A stretch of 64,000 bases of DNA from Eubacteriales bacterium (GCA_048526005.1 DBFVEH010000021.1:581647-645646), one strand, 5' to 3'. Numbered from the stretch's first letter, positions 9,445 through 20,359 are shown. Translations and numbers: made by a program. Notes: generated from the sequence alone by a model not told the origin.

Positions 9445-10842
9445 TTATACCGTCTTTTTGAAATAAAGATAAGTCTCGTCCTCACTTACCTTCCGCATCA
9501 CGGCGGAAAGCATCTTTTTCGACGGCAGATTTTCACGGTAGCATTTGCCGCGCACCTCATACATGCCGATCCCGTACAGCGCATAATCGCACGCCGCGGC
9601 ATAGGCCTCCGTCGCATAGCCGTGTCCCTCATACTCCGGCAGGAGCCGGATGCCGAGCTCCGCGCCGCCGCGAAAATCGAAATTGTACAGAATCAGCTCC
9701 CCGATGAACGTCCCCGCAAGCCGAACGGCAAAATTCATCGCCGTGCTGCTGCCGAAATCCTTTTTTTGGTCGAGATAAAAATAGTCCTCATCGGGATTTT
9801 CGCAGTCACGCCTGTAATCATAGCCCCAGTAGCGGTTCCGCTTGTCATCGAGACACAGCCGGTTATAAACGGGGATATCCTCCTCCGTGATGGCGTCGAG
9901 CGTCAGGCGTTCCGTCTCGATCACCGGGATCTTTTCCACATGATAAAGCTCGTTTTTCACCTTCACATAATATTTTTCAAGAATTTCGATCGGCTGATAC
10001 TGCATTTTGGAGGTGCGAAGCCCGTGATCGCCGGAATCGTCCTCGCGGTTGATGTATTTCACATCGCCCGCAAACCTGCGCGCAAACTCCTGCACCATCG
10101 CGGGATAAATCCCCTCGTATTCCGGCAGGGCCTTTTCAATATGGTCGACAAGCGTCTCTCCGCACTTCTCGGCAAGACAGAAGGAAATGAGCGCCCCGTC
10201 CTTTATAAATCCGCCGCACCGGAACATCGGGGAGCCGACATACCGCAGCATCTGCCACGCGCGCTCCAATTCGTTTTTCGCGCCGTGCGAGGTTTTGTGA
10301 AATTCCTCCGTGAACCGCTCGCGGAACGCATGGATGAGCGCCGCATCCGCCCCGGTAAGCTCACGGAAGACCGCGTCGGGATAGCTCGCGTGAAATTTTC
10401 TCACATGATTGCGCTGGCCGGCATAGCGTTTTCCCGCAAAATTCACAAAATCGGAGGCCGTATACAGATAATCGTTGAAGTTGCGGAACGTCCTTGTTTC
10501 AACGGTCGGATAGCGTTCCAGTATCTCATGGACATATTCGCGCGGCACCGCGGAAAACTCAAACGGCAGAAAATTCTCCGCGCAGAACGCCGCCATATCC
10601 GCAAATGCGCCGTCAAGGCTCGCGTTTTCCTCCACCGGAAACGGGAAATCGAACGCATACCGTCCGCGCACTTTGCCGCGCACGACAAAGCAGCCGTGGG
10701 ATATCGTATATTCCGAACCCAGCATATAGCTCCACATCAGCTTGAGTCCGAGCGAATAATCGCTGAGCTTATAGGGACAGAGGGCGTAATAGCTCCTGAC
10801 GGTCTCTGCGCTTTTTTCATTGATCGGTGTAAATGTAAGCAT
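9445..10842 (-). CDS. DUF2156-like domain fused to a GNAT (RimJ/RimL-like) N-acetyltransferase domain
   Basis: 465 aa. The N-terminal two thirds resemble the DUF2156 acyltransferase-like fold. The C-terminal part (LTLDAITEEDIPVYNRL...HGYATEAYAAACDYAL) looks GNAT. Confidence 0.6.
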   Translation of the reverse strand: MLTFTPINEKSAETVRSYYALCPYKLSDYSLGLKLMWSYMLGSEYTISHGCFVVRGKVRGRYAFDFPFPVEENASLDGAFADMAAFCAENFLPFEFSAVPREYVHEILERYPTVETRTFRNFNDYLYTASDFVNFAGKRYAGQRNHVRKFHASYPDAVFRELTGADAALIHAFRERFTEEFHKTSHGAKNELERAWQMLRYVGSPMFRCGGFIKDGALISFCLAEKCGETLVDHIEKALPEYEGIYPAMVQEFARRFAGDVKYINREDDSGDHGLRTSKMQYQPIEILEKYYVKVKNELYHVEKIPVIETERLTLDAITEEDIPVYNRLCLDDKRNRYWGYDYRRDCENPDEDYFYLDQKKDFGSSTAMNFAVRLAGTFIGELILYNFDFRGGAELGIRLLPEYEGHGYATEAYAAACDYALYGIGMYEVRGKCYRENLPSKKMLSAVMRKVSEDETYLYFKKTV

Positions 10843-11128
10843 AATCTTTTCCTACGAATCTATTGAAAACATTCTTATTTAGTATATCACCATTCTTTTG
10901 CTTTTTCAACCATATTTTTCAAGAAAACCTCCATTCTTTCCTCCGAAACCAAAAAATTGAAGAAAGAAAAAGCCGGCAGCGAAACTCCCGTAACAAAAAA
11001 AAGATATCAGCGCCAAAGCAAAACCGGCCTCGCTCATAAAACGAAGCCGGTCATGATTCCATTTTTTCCTTCTGCCGTCTCATGGATTCGCTGTGATATC
11101 CGTATCGAGGCGTTTCGGCGGATTCTTT

Positions 11129-12535
11129 TTACTGCTTTTCTTCGTCCCGCACGATTTTTCTGCCCATCAGCACTCCCATGACGGACGCCATCATAAGACC
11201 TCTCGTCCAGCCGCTGGAATCCCCGAGGCAGTGAAGCCCCGAAACGCTCGTTTCCAGCTCCTCGTTCATCTTGACGCGGTTGCTGTAAAATTTCAGCTCT
11301 GGCGAATAAAGCAGCGTTTCCGTCGAGGCAAAGCCCGGCACGACATGATCCATCGCCTGAATGAAATTGATGATGTTCATCATCGCGCGGTACGGCATCG
11401 CGGCCGTGATGTCGCCCGCCACCGCGTCCGGAAGCGTCGGGCGCAGGTTGGATTGGGAAAGCTCCTTCTGCCACGTGCGCTTGCCGTCGAGAATGTCGCC
11501 GAAGCGCTGGACGAGGATATGTCCCGCACCGAGCATATTGGTCAGCTCCCCGACCTTCTGCGCGTATTTGATCGGCTGATTGAACGGCACATTGAAGTTG
11601 TGCGAGCAAAGAATCGCAAGATTCGTGTTGTTGGATTTCAGCTCTTTATAGGAATGTCCGTTGACGACGGCGAGATCGTTGTCATAATTCTCCTGACTGA
11701 CAAAGCCGCCGGGATTCTGGCAGAAGGTGCGCACCTTGTTTTTGAACGGCTTCGGATATCCGATCAGCTTCGATTCATACAGCACCGCATTGATCTCTTC
11801 CATGATCTCGTTGCGCACCTCGACGCGCACGCCGATATCGACCGTGCCCGGCACGTGATCAATATTGTGATCCGTGCAGGTCTTTTCGAGCCATTCCGCG
11901 CCGCGGCGTCCCGTCGCCACAATGGTTCGCGACGAAAAGATTTCAAGAGATTCTTTTCCGTTTGTGATCTGCACGCCGAGACATTTGCCGTCCTCGATAA
12001 TGATATCCGTGCACTCATAGCCGAAAAGGATATCGACGCCATGGCTCAAAAGATACTGCTCGATGGAATAATAGAGCTCCTGCGCCTTTTCTGTTCCGAG
12101 ATGGCGGATAGGACAGTCCACAAGCTTGAGTCCCGCCTGGATCGCGCGCTTGCGGATGTCTTTTTTCGCCTCATTGTCGGAGACGCCCTCCACATGCTCG
12201 TCCGCGCCGAATTCAAGATAGATTTTATCCGTATAATCGATCGTGCTTTGCACGACGTCCTCTCCGACAAGAGTCGGCAGGTCGCCGCCGACCTCATAGC
12301 TGAGCGACAGCTTGCCGTCCGAAAACGCGCCCGCGCCGGAAAAGCCCGTCGTGATATGGCAATACGGCTTGCAGCTCACGCACCGCTTGGTTTTTTCCTT
12401 CGGACAGTGACGATTCTCAATCGCGTTCCCCTTCTCGACGATCGTGATTTTCTGCCGGCTTCCTCCCCTGATCATTTCAATCGCGGTAAAAATCCCCGCG
12501 GGGCCTGCGCCGATGATGACAACATCCGTTTTCAT
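11129..12535 (-). CDS. FAD-dependent oxidoreductase (COG2509-like)
   Basis: The start is moved to ATG 12533-12535 (MKTDVVIIGAGPAGIF dinucleotide-binding motif) behind GGGAGGG. It overlaps the stop of the upstream gene by ATGA. Confidence 0.8.
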   Translation of the reverse strand: MKTDVVIIGAGPAGIFTAIEMIRGGSRQKITIVEKGNAIENRHCPKEKTKRCVSCKPYCHITTGFSGAGAFSDGKLSLSYEVGGDLPTLVGEDVVQSTIDYTDKIYLEFGADEHVEGVSDNEAKKDIRKRAIQAGLKLVDCPIRHLGTEKAQELYYSIEQYLLSHGVDILFGYECTDIIIEDGKCLGVQITNGKESLEIFSSRTIVATGRRGAEWLEKTCTDHNIDHVPGTVDIGVRVEVRNEIMEEINAVLYESKLIGYPKPFKNKVRTFCQNPGGFVSQENYDNDLAVVNGHSYKELKSNNTNLAILCSHNFNVPFNQPIKYAQKVGELTNMLGAGHILVQRFGDILDGKRTWQKELSQSNLRPTLPDAVAGDITAAMPYRAMMNIINFIQAMDHVVPGFASTETLLYSPELKFYSNRVKMNEELETSVSGLHCLGDSSGWTRGLMMASVMGVLMGRKIVRDEEKQ

Positions 12536-13791
12536 GTTTCCCTCCCGTATCCGTTTTCGCTCGCATCGACGCTGTCCGCGTCTTTGCCCGTATGTTTCCA
12601 ATAGTCCTCAAAGCCGTCGTAATTTCTGCCGCCCATCCGGCAGTAAAATTCCCTTTTTTCCATCCGATAAAGGTTTTCGCTCATGTAGATCTGCGCCTCG
12701 GCCTCCGGCGCGATGCTGGAATACACCGCGGCGCCCTGCGGCGCGTCTGCAAACACATTGCGAAAAATCCGCAGCTCACCATCCTGCGTCGCTTTCTCGA
12801 TCCGCCAAATAAAAATATGGTGTCCCATCGGCTCCGGATAAATCTCGGAATTACGCGGGACTGTCGCGCCAAGCGAAGAAAACCCGCAGCCCGCATTTTC
12901 GCAGAGATTCAGGGAAAACTCCGTATCGACCGGCAGCCGGTCGCGGCATTCGTATGCCGCCATTCCGTAGCGGGAAAACAGATTGCGCGAAATCCGCACA
13001 TGCCGTGCCGGCAGGCAGTCCACGCCGCCCTGATGCGTCACACAGGAATCGTAAATCTCATCAAAAATACAATTTTCGACGCTTGTGTCCTCGCAGATAT
13101 TCCAAAATTCCACGGCGTTTCCGAAGCGGATCTGCCGCTCCGCGCTCCACACGCAGCCGCCGATAAAACGAAACCGGCAGCCGAAAAGCTCCGTCCGGAT
13201 TCCCTTGCCGGATACGCCGTGAACGCCGCTCATCTCAAATGAAAGATTCTCGATGCGGATATCGTGTCTCGCGTCCGCGAGATTGCGACCGCCGAACACA
13301 GCGCATTCGATCCGCCCATAGGCGTCCGCGGGATTTTTCTCCGACCACAGATAAAGTCCGCCCGTGCAAGGCAGCTTTTTAGAGGAAAATCCATAGCATT
13401 CGTCGAAGAAATCCCCCTGCCCCGAAAGCTCGCCGGGGCTCCATCGAAGCGTCCCGCAGGAGATGCCTCCGTCAAAAATAAAATTGCACGCTTCCGTCTC
13501 GGGACGGTTGACACAGCGCCAAATGTTCGGGCTTGCCATCTCCCAATTCCCGGCTCCGCCGAGATCGACGGAGCCGAGAAAGCGCGGCGCTTCTCCCTCG
13601 CCGTATGCCCCATAGACGACGGGATTTCCCTTTTCGCCGGACACCGTTTCCAGCCGCTCGCGCATCACCGTGCCGCGCCGGAACAGTACTTTGTCCCCCG
13701 GTCGGAGCTCCAGATCGCGGTAATCCGGCCGCGGGAAATCGGGGGAGAGGCCGTCTCCCCTTCCGTTTTCCCGATCGATGTAATAAATCAT
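12532..13791 (-). CDS. Right-handed parallel beta-helix repeat protein (pectate-lyase-fold, function unknown)
   Basis: Repeated short beta-helix-like turns (IRIENLSF, GVHGVSGKG, FRFIGGCVW, NAVEFWN, VENCIF). The likely start is MIYYIDR at 13791, which has a GGAAAGGA SD. Confidence 0.55.
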   Translation of the reverse strand: MIYYIDRENGRGDGLSPDFPRPDYRDLELRPGDKVLFRRGTVMRERLETVSGEKGNPVVYGAYGEGEAPRFLGSVDLGGAGNWEMASPNIWRCVNRPETEACNFIFDGGISCGTLRWSPGELSGQGDFFDECYGFSSKKLPCTGGLYLWSEKNPADAYGRIECAVFGGRNLADARHDIRIENLSFEMSGVHGVSGKGIRTELFGCRFRFIGGCVWSAERQIRFGNAVEFWNICEDTSVENCIFDEIYDSCVTHQGGVDCLPARHVRISRNLFSRYGMAAYECRDRLPVDTEFSLNLCENAGCGFSSLGATVPRNSEIYPEPMGHHIFIWRIEKATQDGELRIFRNVFADAPQGAAVYSSIAPEAEAQIYMSENLYRMEKREFYCRMGGRNYDGFEDYWKHTGKDADSVDASENGYGRET

Positions 13792-13865
13792 ACGCCCATT
13801 CCTTTCCTGTGACGGCAACCGAAAAGCTCACGTGCCGATCATTCGGCATGCAGGGATCTTACGCG

Positions 13866-14354
13866 CTATTGTTTTTTCTCCGTGTAATAACGATAATACT
13901 GCGGAACGCCGTTCCACGATTTTCCGTCCCATTCAAAAAACAGCTCGGAAACGCCGCCGTCCAAAAACAGCGGCAGATAGAGGTCGAAATTCGGGGAAAG
14001 CCTCCTCGACGCGCGAAGCGCGTCCGCGCTCATCCAAAAGACGCTGCCCTCGGACGTGCCGCCCGAAACCGTTCCGGTAAAATCGCATGTCCGGTAAAGG
14101 AGCTCGATATACCGCCTGTTCCCGTTTTTCTCCGCCCAGTGGACGGCGCCGCACGGAATAAGATTGCAGACAGAAAGCCCCGTCTCCTCAAAGACCTCGC
14201 GTGCGGCGGAGGCGGCAAAGCTCTCGCCCGGCTCGACATGGCCGCCGGGGAACGTCAGCCCCGGCCAGTCGCTCTTGATCCTGTCGAGCACAAGGACGCG
14301 TCCCTCCCCGTCGCACACCATCGTCATGTTGTAAAAGCTCGCGGGGGATTCCAT
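13866..14354 (-). CDS. NUDIX hydrolase
   Basis: Nudix box GGHVEPGESFAASAAREVFEETGL. The start overlaps the thrS stop (TGATG). Confidence 0.85.
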   Translation of the reverse strand: MESPASFYNMTMVCDGEGRVLVLDRIKSDWPGLTFPGGHVEPGESFAASAAREVFEETGLSVCNLIPCGAVHWAEKNGNRRYIELLYRTCDFTGTVSGGTSEGSVFWMSADALRASRRLSPNFDLYLPLFLDGGVSELFFEWDGKSWNGVPQYYRYYTEKKQ

Positions 14355-16120
14355 CAGCTCTTTCTCGCGCGGATTTCCTGCGCTACCGTTCCGGCGAACT
14401 CGTCGAGCTTCATATTGCCCATCACCTTTCCGTCGCGCGTGCGCACGGAAACGGTTCCCGCTTCGATCTCCTTATCGCCGAGCACAAGCATATACGGGAT
14501 TTTTTCCAGCTGCGCCGCGCGGATCTTATAATTCGCGCTCTCGCTGCGGTCGTCGAGCTCCGCACGGATCTTCTGTTCTTTCAGGGCGGACGTGACCTTT
14601 TCCGCGTATTCGTTCGCGCGGTCGGTGATCGTGATGACCTTCACCTGCACCGGAGAAAGCCATGTCGGGAACCTGCCGGCGTAATGCTCGGTCAGAATGC
14701 CGATGAAGCGCTCGATCGAGCCGAATACGACGCGGTGTATCATGATCGGCCGGCGTTTCTGCCCGTCCGCCGCCATATATTCCGCCTCAAAGCGCATCGG
14801 AAGCTGGAAGTCGAGCTGAATGGTGCCGCACTGCCATGTGCGGCCAAGCGAATCCTCGAGATGGAAGTCGATCTTCGGTCCGTAGAACGCGCCGTCGCCT
14901 TCGTTGATCACATAGGGAAGCTTCATCTCGTCCAATGCGCTGCGAAGTCCGCTTGTGGCCATTTCCCAATCCTCGAGCGAGCCGAGATGATCCTCCGGCA
15001 TGGTCGAGAGCTCTACATGATATTTGAAGCCGAACAGCCCATACACCTCGTCGATGAGACGCACGACGCCTTTGATCTGCTCCGGGATCTGTTCCTCCGT
15101 CATAAAGATGTGCGCATCATCCTGCGTGAAGCAGCGCACGCGCATAAGACCGTGCAAAGCGCCGGATTTCTCATGTCTGTGGACAAGGCCGAGCTCGCCC
15201 ACCTTCATCGGAAGATCGCGGTAGGAGCGCGGCTCCATCTTATAGACGAGCATGCCGCCCGGACAGTTCATAGGCTTGATACAGAAAGTCTCCTCGTCGA
15301 TGGTCGTCGTATAGATGTTGTCCTTGTAATGATCCCAGTGACCGGAGGTCTCCCAAAGCGAGCGGCTCAGCATCATCGGCGTGCTGATCTCCATATATCC
15401 CTCGCGGGTATGGATTTCCCGCCAGTAATCGATGAGCGTATTCTTGAGGATCATGCCCTTCGGCAGGAAAAACGGAAAGCCGGGACCCTCGTCCATGATG
15501 GTAAAAAGTCCGAGCTCGCGGCCGAGCTTGCGGTGATCGCGCTTTTTCGCCTCCTCGATGCGTTCGAGATACTGTTCGAGGTCCTCTTTTTTGGAAAACG
15601 CCGTACCGTAAATGCGCACCAGCATCTTGTTCTTTTCATTGCCGCGCCAGTACGCACCGGCGACGGAGGTGAGCTTCACCGCCTTGACCGCGGAGGTATA
15701 CGTGACGTGAGGGCCTGCGCAGAGATCGGTAAACTCCCCCTGACGGAAGAAGCTCAGCTCCGCGTCCTCCGGCAGGTCGCGGATCAGTTCAACCTTGTAC
15801 GGCTCTCCCTTTTCCTCCATAAAGGCGATCGCCTCCTCGCGCGGAAGCGTATAGCGTTCTAATTTCAAATTTTCCTTGATGATTTTTTTCATCTCCGCTT
15901 CAATCGCGGCAAGGTCATCCTCGGAGAACGGCGTTTCTCTGTCGAAATCATAATAAAAGCCGTCCTTGATCGAGGGACCGATAGCGAGCTTCGTTTCGGG
16001 ATACAGGCGCTTGACCGCCTGTGCGAGAATATGCGACGCCGTGTGGCGCAGCGAATTTCTGCCAAGCTCCTCCTCAAAGGTGGATTCGACGATTTTGCCG
16101 TCATGATCGATGATTTTCAT
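14354..16120 (-). CDS. thrS: Threonine--tRNA ligase (short form lacking most of the N-terminal TGS domain)
   Basis: 588 aa. It begins about 20 residues before the editing-domain RHTASHILAQAVKRLYP motif, and the class II catalytic and anticodon-binding regions are present. Confidence 0.95.
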   Translation of the reverse strand: MKIIDHDGKIVESTFEEELGRNSLRHTASHILAQAVKRLYPETKLAIGPSIKDGFYYDFDRETPFSEDDLAAIEAEMKKIIKENLKLERYTLPREEAIAFMEEKGEPYKVELIRDLPEDAELSFFRQGEFTDLCAGPHVTYTSAVKAVKLTSVAGAYWRGNEKNKMLVRIYGTAFSKKEDLEQYLERIEEAKKRDHRKLGRELGLFTIMDEGPGFPFFLPKGMILKNTLIDYWREIHTREGYMEISTPMMLSRSLWETSGHWDHYKDNIYTTTIDEETFCIKPMNCPGGMLVYKMEPRSYRDLPMKVGELGLVHRHEKSGALHGLMRVRCFTQDDAHIFMTEEQIPEQIKGVVRLIDEVYGLFGFKYHVELSTMPEDHLGSLEDWEMATSGLRSALDEMKLPYVINEGDGAFYGPKIDFHLEDSLGRTWQCGTIQLDFQLPMRFEAEYMAADGQKRRPIMIHRVVFGSIERFIGILTEHYAGRFPTWLSPVQVKVITITDRANEYAEKVTSALKEQKIRAELDDRSESANYKIRAAQLEKIPYMLVLGDKEIEAGTVSVRTRDGKVMGNMKLDEFAGTVAQEIRARKS

Positions 16121-16149
16121 AATGTGATTCCTTTCTCCGCCAAAAGGCG

Positions 16150-16438
16150 GCGCCCATACAAAAAATAAAAAACCTCAAACCGGAAATTTCCGGTTTGAGG
16201 TGCCAAAGACACGGTTCCACTCAACGTTTCACTCTGCATCCGCATGTATGCGGACTTCCGCGGTAACGGACGGCGCCGGCGCGCCATTTCCTGCGCGCAG
16301 CCGCATGGCGGTATTCCTCACAGCCTCCCGAACGCGCTTTCAGCCGCGGCGCATCTCTCTGAACGGGATTTCTGCGGGAACATGTCCATGTTGTGCTTTT
16401 CCTACAAGGATCAGTTTACACCTGAAATTTTATTTTGT
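16150..16438 (-). promoter_or_regulatory. Promoter plus T-box leader (Thr) with intrinsic terminator upstream of thrS
   Basis: On the minus strand: TTGACA-17 nt-TAAACT, a stem I AGAGAG element, GAAUACCG (candidate ACC Thr specifier), and a T-box-like GUUGAGUGGAACCGUG. The terminator is CCUCAAACCGGAAAUUUCCGGUUUGAGG followed by a U-run (16173-16200). Confidence 0.8.
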
Positions 16439-16474
16439 CAAGCCTCTTTTTAGGATTCCCGCATTTTCATGGCG

Positions 16475-16990
16475 TCAATCGCCGGACAGTCCCCAATCGA
16501 TCTCCTCCATCCATGTCCCGCAGCTGAGCTTTTCCGCAAGGAGCGCAGCCTCCGCCGCCGTACCGGCGGGCGCGCAGATATAGGCGTTTCCTCCCGCATG
16601 GCTTTCTCCGTAAAGAAGAATCAGAAGCGAGCCGGAGCCGTCCATACGGATGCGGCCGAGAAATTCATCCCGCACGCCCTCTTCGTCAACGCACATATAA
16701 TCGAGGAAGCCGCAGCCGTTTTGCAGCAAAATATCGTTGGTATACGCTTCATCAAACGTAATCTCGTAGCCTTCGACGGAAATGCGCCCGCGAAAGCGAT
16801 ACGGCCTGAAAAAGCGGTAAGAAAGCACGCCGTCCACGCGAACCTCGACCGTTCCCTCCTCCGACGCCGCGCGGTAGCCCGTCATTGTAATGTCAAGCGT
16901 CTGCTTCCGGCAGGAAAAAAATATCGCAAAAAGGCTCGACAGGCAGAATACGCAGATCAAAACAATCCAAACATGTCTTTTCAGCCGCAT
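16475..16990 (-). CDS. Hypothetical membrane-anchored protein
   Basis: The likely start is MRLKRHVWIVLICVFCLSSLFAIFF (ATG 16988-16990, AAAGGAG SD). It has a single N-terminal TM segment. Confidence 0.45.
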   Translation of the reverse strand: MRLKRHVWIVLICVFCLSSLFAIFFSCRKQTLDITMTGYRAASEEGTVEVRVDGVLSYRFFRPYRFRGRISVEGYEITFDEAYTNDILLQNGCGFLDYMCVDEEGVRDEFLGRIRMDGSGSLLILLYGESHAGGNAYICAPAGTAAEAALLAEKLSCGTWMEEIDWGLSGD

Positions 16991-17221
16991 AATAAGCTCC
17001 TTTGCTCTCTCCAAGAGCCTTCACAATTTCAAGTTTTTATTATTATAAAGTATTTTTTCAACAATTACAACAGTATTTTGCATTTTTCCGATAATTTTAT
17101 TGATAGTCATGAACAAGGATTGACAAAATTCAAAATTTAGGATATGATAGAAATAAAGAACACCGGTAAAATCGACGTCGTTATAAACCTTTGTCGGTCT
17201 TATCACCTTTGGGAGAAGCCT

Positions 17222-18067
17222 ATGATAATACTGAAAAACGGACAACTCACCATCAAAATCAAGCCATACGGCGCGGAGCTTGCCGGCATTTCCGACAACA
17301 AAACCGGACGCGAATATCTTTGGCAGGGCGAACCGTCCATATGGAGCGGACAATCCCCCATTCTCTTTCCGATCGTCGGACGGCTTTGTTCGGACAGCTT
17401 CACCTACCGGGATAAAAAATACTATCTTCCCAAGCACGGCTTTGCGCGCAAAAGCCAGTTCGAGATCCTGATGGCCTCCGACGAAAGGGCGTCGTTCCGC
17501 CTTGAAGCAAGCGAGGAGACCCGCCGGGTATATCCGTTCGACTTCGCTCTGACGGTGGAATATGCGCTCAAAGACAAAACGCTGTCCGTCTCCAACGCGG
17601 TAAAAAATTTGGGGAACGACGAAATGTATTTTTCCCTCGGCGCCCATCCCGCCTTCAATATCGAAATCGGAGACTTTGTCAAGTTCTCGGATTATGAATC
17701 GTTCACGACGCTTCTCTTCAACGAATCCGGCCTCATGTCCGGAGAAAAAGCGCTCGCCAAGCGCCGTAAAAGCATTGAAATCACCGAGCATAGCTTCGAT
17801 GGGGACGCGCTGTTTTTCCCGAATCTCGCCAGCACCTCGGCAAAGCTCGTCTCAAAAAGCGGACGCGAGCTTTTGAAGATGGATTTCGGCAAGGTTCCGT
17901 TCGTCGGACTTTGGGCAAAGCCCGGCGCGCCGTTCGTCTGCATCGAGCCGTGGTATGGCATCTGCGATTCTCCCGATGTCTCCGGCAAAATCGAAGAAAA
18001 GCCGTATATCAACCGTCTCGCAGCAGGCGAGGAATTTCGATTTGAATATTCGATCACCGTCTTATAA
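17222..18067 (+). CDS. Aldose 1-epimerase (galactose mutarotase-like) family protein
   Basis: MIILKNGQLTIKIKPYGAELAGI...LWQGEPSIWSGQSPILFPIVGRL...HGFAR pattern of the family. The start is at 17222 behind GGGAGA. Confidence 0.8.
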   Translation: MIILKNGQLTIKIKPYGAELAGISDNKTGREYLWQGEPSIWSGQSPILFPIVGRLCSDSFTYRDKKYYLPKHGFARKSQFEILMASDERASFRLEASEETRRVYPFDFALTVEYALKDKTLSVSNAVKNLGNDEMYFSLGAHPAFNIEIGDFVKFSDYESFTTLLFNESGLMSGEKALAKRRKSIEITEHSFDGDALFFPNLASTSAKLVSKSGRELLKMDFGKVPFVGLWAKPGAPFVCIEPWYGICDSPDVSGKIEEKPYINRLAAGEEFRFEYSITVL

Positions 18068-18133
18068 AACGAAAAAACAGCCGTTCTGCGGCTGCTTTTC
18101 ATTTGAAATCAAATTTTTCATGGAGATTATTTT

Positions 18134-18676
18134 ATGAATCAAATGATTATAGACGCTCTGAAAACCGCCGACGCCATCGGCTTTGAAAAAGCTGCACCGC
18201 TCGCGCGGGACGCGCTCATTTTCCGCGAGGAGGTGCGCGCCATGTGCCGTGCCGACCGTTGCCGCAGCTACGGCAGAACATGGTCGTGCCCACCCGGCTG
18301 CGGCACGCTTGACGAGATACGCGAAAAAGTCTCCGCCTACACGGGCGGGATCCTTGTCGAAACGATTGGAGAGATGGAAGACGAATTTGATTTTGAGTCC
18401 ATAGAACGCGCCGCCGCCCTCCATAAAAAGCGTTTTGAAGCGCTCACTGCGGCCCTGCGCGGCGACGGACGCGATATTCTCCCCATGGGCGCCGGACGCT
18501 GCACCGTTTGCAGGAACTGCACCTATCCCGACGCGCCGTGCCGCTTCCCCGAACGCGCCGCGCCCTCGATGGAGGCGGCGGGACTGCTCGTTTCCGATGT
18601 CTGTGAAAAATGCGGCATCCCCTATTACAACGGCAAAAACACAACCACCTTTATCAGCTGTGTTCTCCTGCGGTGA
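18134..18676 (+). CDS. DUF2284-type predicted metal-binding protein
   Basis: Cys-rich pattern CRADRCRSYGRTWSCPPGCG ... CTVCRNCTYPDAPCRFPE typical of DUF2284. Confidence 0.7.
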   Translation: MNQMIIDALKTADAIGFEKAAPLARDALIFREEVRAMCRADRCRSYGRTWSCPPGCGTLDEIREKVSAYTGGILVETIGEMEDEFDFESIERAAALHKKRFEALTAALRGDGRDILPMGAGRCTVCRNCTYPDAPCRFPERAAPSMEAAGLLVSDVCEKCGIPYYNGKNTTTFISCVLLR

Positions 18677-18773
18677 AATATCGGTACGCGCACATTTTTT
18701 CCGCGCACTCCTTGCATTTGACGATGGGTTGTGATAGAATGATGGAAAATATTCGAGAGAAGGATTCTGCCAT

Positions 18774-19253
18774 ATGATTATCAGAAGAGCGACCGCAGCG
18801 GATATCGAAGGGATCGACCGCCTGCTGCGTCAGGTCCTTGACGTTCATCACCGCGGACGGCCGGACCTGTTTCGGGCGGACGCAAAAAAATACACGGACG
18901 AGGAGCTCTGCGCCATCCTCGCCGACGATGAAAAGCCCGTTTTCACAGCGGTGGACGACGCCGGCTTTGTGCTCGGATATGCGTTCTGCGTCATGATCCG
19001 GCGCATGAACGACAACATTCTGACCGATATCAAGACGCTGTATATCGACGACCTGTGCGTGGACGAGACGGCGCGCGGACAGCACATCGGAAAGCGTCTT
19101 TATGAGCACGTCCTCGCCTTTGCAAAGGACGCCGGCTGCTACAACGTCACGCTGAACGTGTGGACGTGCAACAAGGACGCCATGAAATTTTATGAGAAAT
19201 GCGGTCTTACGCCGCAAAAGATCGGACTCGAAAAAATTCTTTCACCGACGTGA
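18774..19253 (+). CDS. GNAT family N-acetyltransferase
   Basis: 159 aa with RGQHIGKRLYEHVLAFAK (acetyl-CoA binding Q/RxxGxG/A-like motif). Confidence 0.8.
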   Translation: MIIRRATAADIEGIDRLLRQVLDVHHRGRPDLFRADAKKYTDEELCAILADDEKPVFTAVDDAGFVLGYAFCVMIRRMNDNILTDIKTLYIDDLCVDETARGQHIGKRLYEHVLAFAKDAGCYNVTLNVWTCNKDAMKFYEKCGLTPQKIGLEKILSPT

Positions 19254-19272
19254 AACGGAGGCTTTACCGAAC

Positions 19273-20352
19273 ATGAAAATGACCGATTATGCGAAAGCGG
19301 AAGCGGAGCGCGTCATAAAAAGACTGCCGGTCGCGGCGCCCGGCGACGTGCGGTTCGCGTTCGCTCCCGACCTGCATTATAAACCCAATGAGGAGATGGA
19401 GGCCGCCGTCACCAATCTTGTCGGCGCGGTAAATGAGATAACCCGTGCGCAGGCGCTCGAATTTCTCTGCCTCGGCGGAGACAACGTGGGAAATTATCCG
19501 CCGTCGAAGGACGAGCACGTCGTCATGATGCGCGATCTTGCGGCACGGTTTTCGCTCTGCGAGATCCCGTGGCTCTGTCTGAAAGGCAATCATGACGACA
19601 ACTCCATCCACGGCGCCGTGAACGGCACGCATATCTGCCGTCCCGAAACGGTCGTTCCCGACAGCGTGCAATATGAAATCCTTTCCTCCCATGCCGAGAG
19701 CTATCCGAATTATCATCCCGCCGGAAAAAATCTTCTCTACGGCTACTTAGACGCCCCGGATACCCGTTTTATCCTGCTCAACAGCAGCGACGTTCCCTCT
19801 ATCATAGAAGAGGACGGAACGATGAGGTACAACGCTCAATGGGACAACGCCTACGGCGGCGCACAGCTTTCATGGCTCGCAGGCACCGCGCTTCATAACG
19901 CGCCGGAGCATGTGATCTTTCTGGAACATGTCCCGTTCGACGGCATCCGGCATAATGAAAGCGTCCGCATCGGCGAGGATGCGCTCGACCGCATCACAAA
20001 AGCCTTTGTCCGCGGAGAAGCGCTTCATATTTCCTCGGAAAATCCCGATTTTCCCTATGACATCCGCGCCGATTTTTCCGGCGCCGTCCACCGCGTTCCC
20101 GCAAGAATCGCCGGACACTGCCACTACGACGCCGTGACCTATGACAAGGCGGGCTTTCTCAGCATTACGACCATGCCCGCCGGACGGAAAATCTCCGGCG
20201 TCTATCCCGACGACGCGGGCATTCTTTACGAACGCGAGCCGTATTCCGCCAAGGAAACCGCGATGGATATCTTCACGTTCAGTCCGTCGCGGAAAATGAT
20301 CTTCGCCACCCGCTACGGCTCCGGCGTCGACCGGAAATTCCCGCTTTTATGA
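19273..20352 (+). CDS. Metallophosphoesterase family protein
   Basis: The start ATG 19273 lies behind GGAGG. GGDNVGN and LKGNHDDN metal-binding motifs are present. Confidence 0.7.
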   Translation: MKMTDYAKAEAERVIKRLPVAAPGDVRFAFAPDLHYKPNEEMEAAVTNLVGAVNEITRAQALEFLCLGGDNVGNYPPSKDEHVVMMRDLAARFSLCEIPWLCLKGNHDDNSIHGAVNGTHICRPETVVPDSVQYEILSSHAESYPNYHPAGKNLLYGYLDAPDTRFILLNSSDVPSIIEEDGTMRYNAQWDNAYGGAQLSWLAGTALHNAPEHVIFLEHVPFDGIRHNESVRIGEDALDRITKAFVRGEALHISSENPDFPYDIRADFSGAVHRVPARIAGHCHYDAVTYDKAGFLSITTMPAGRKISGVYPDDAGILYEREPYSAKETAMDIFTFSPSRKMIFATRYGSGVDRKFPLL

Positions 20353-20359
20353 ACAGAGC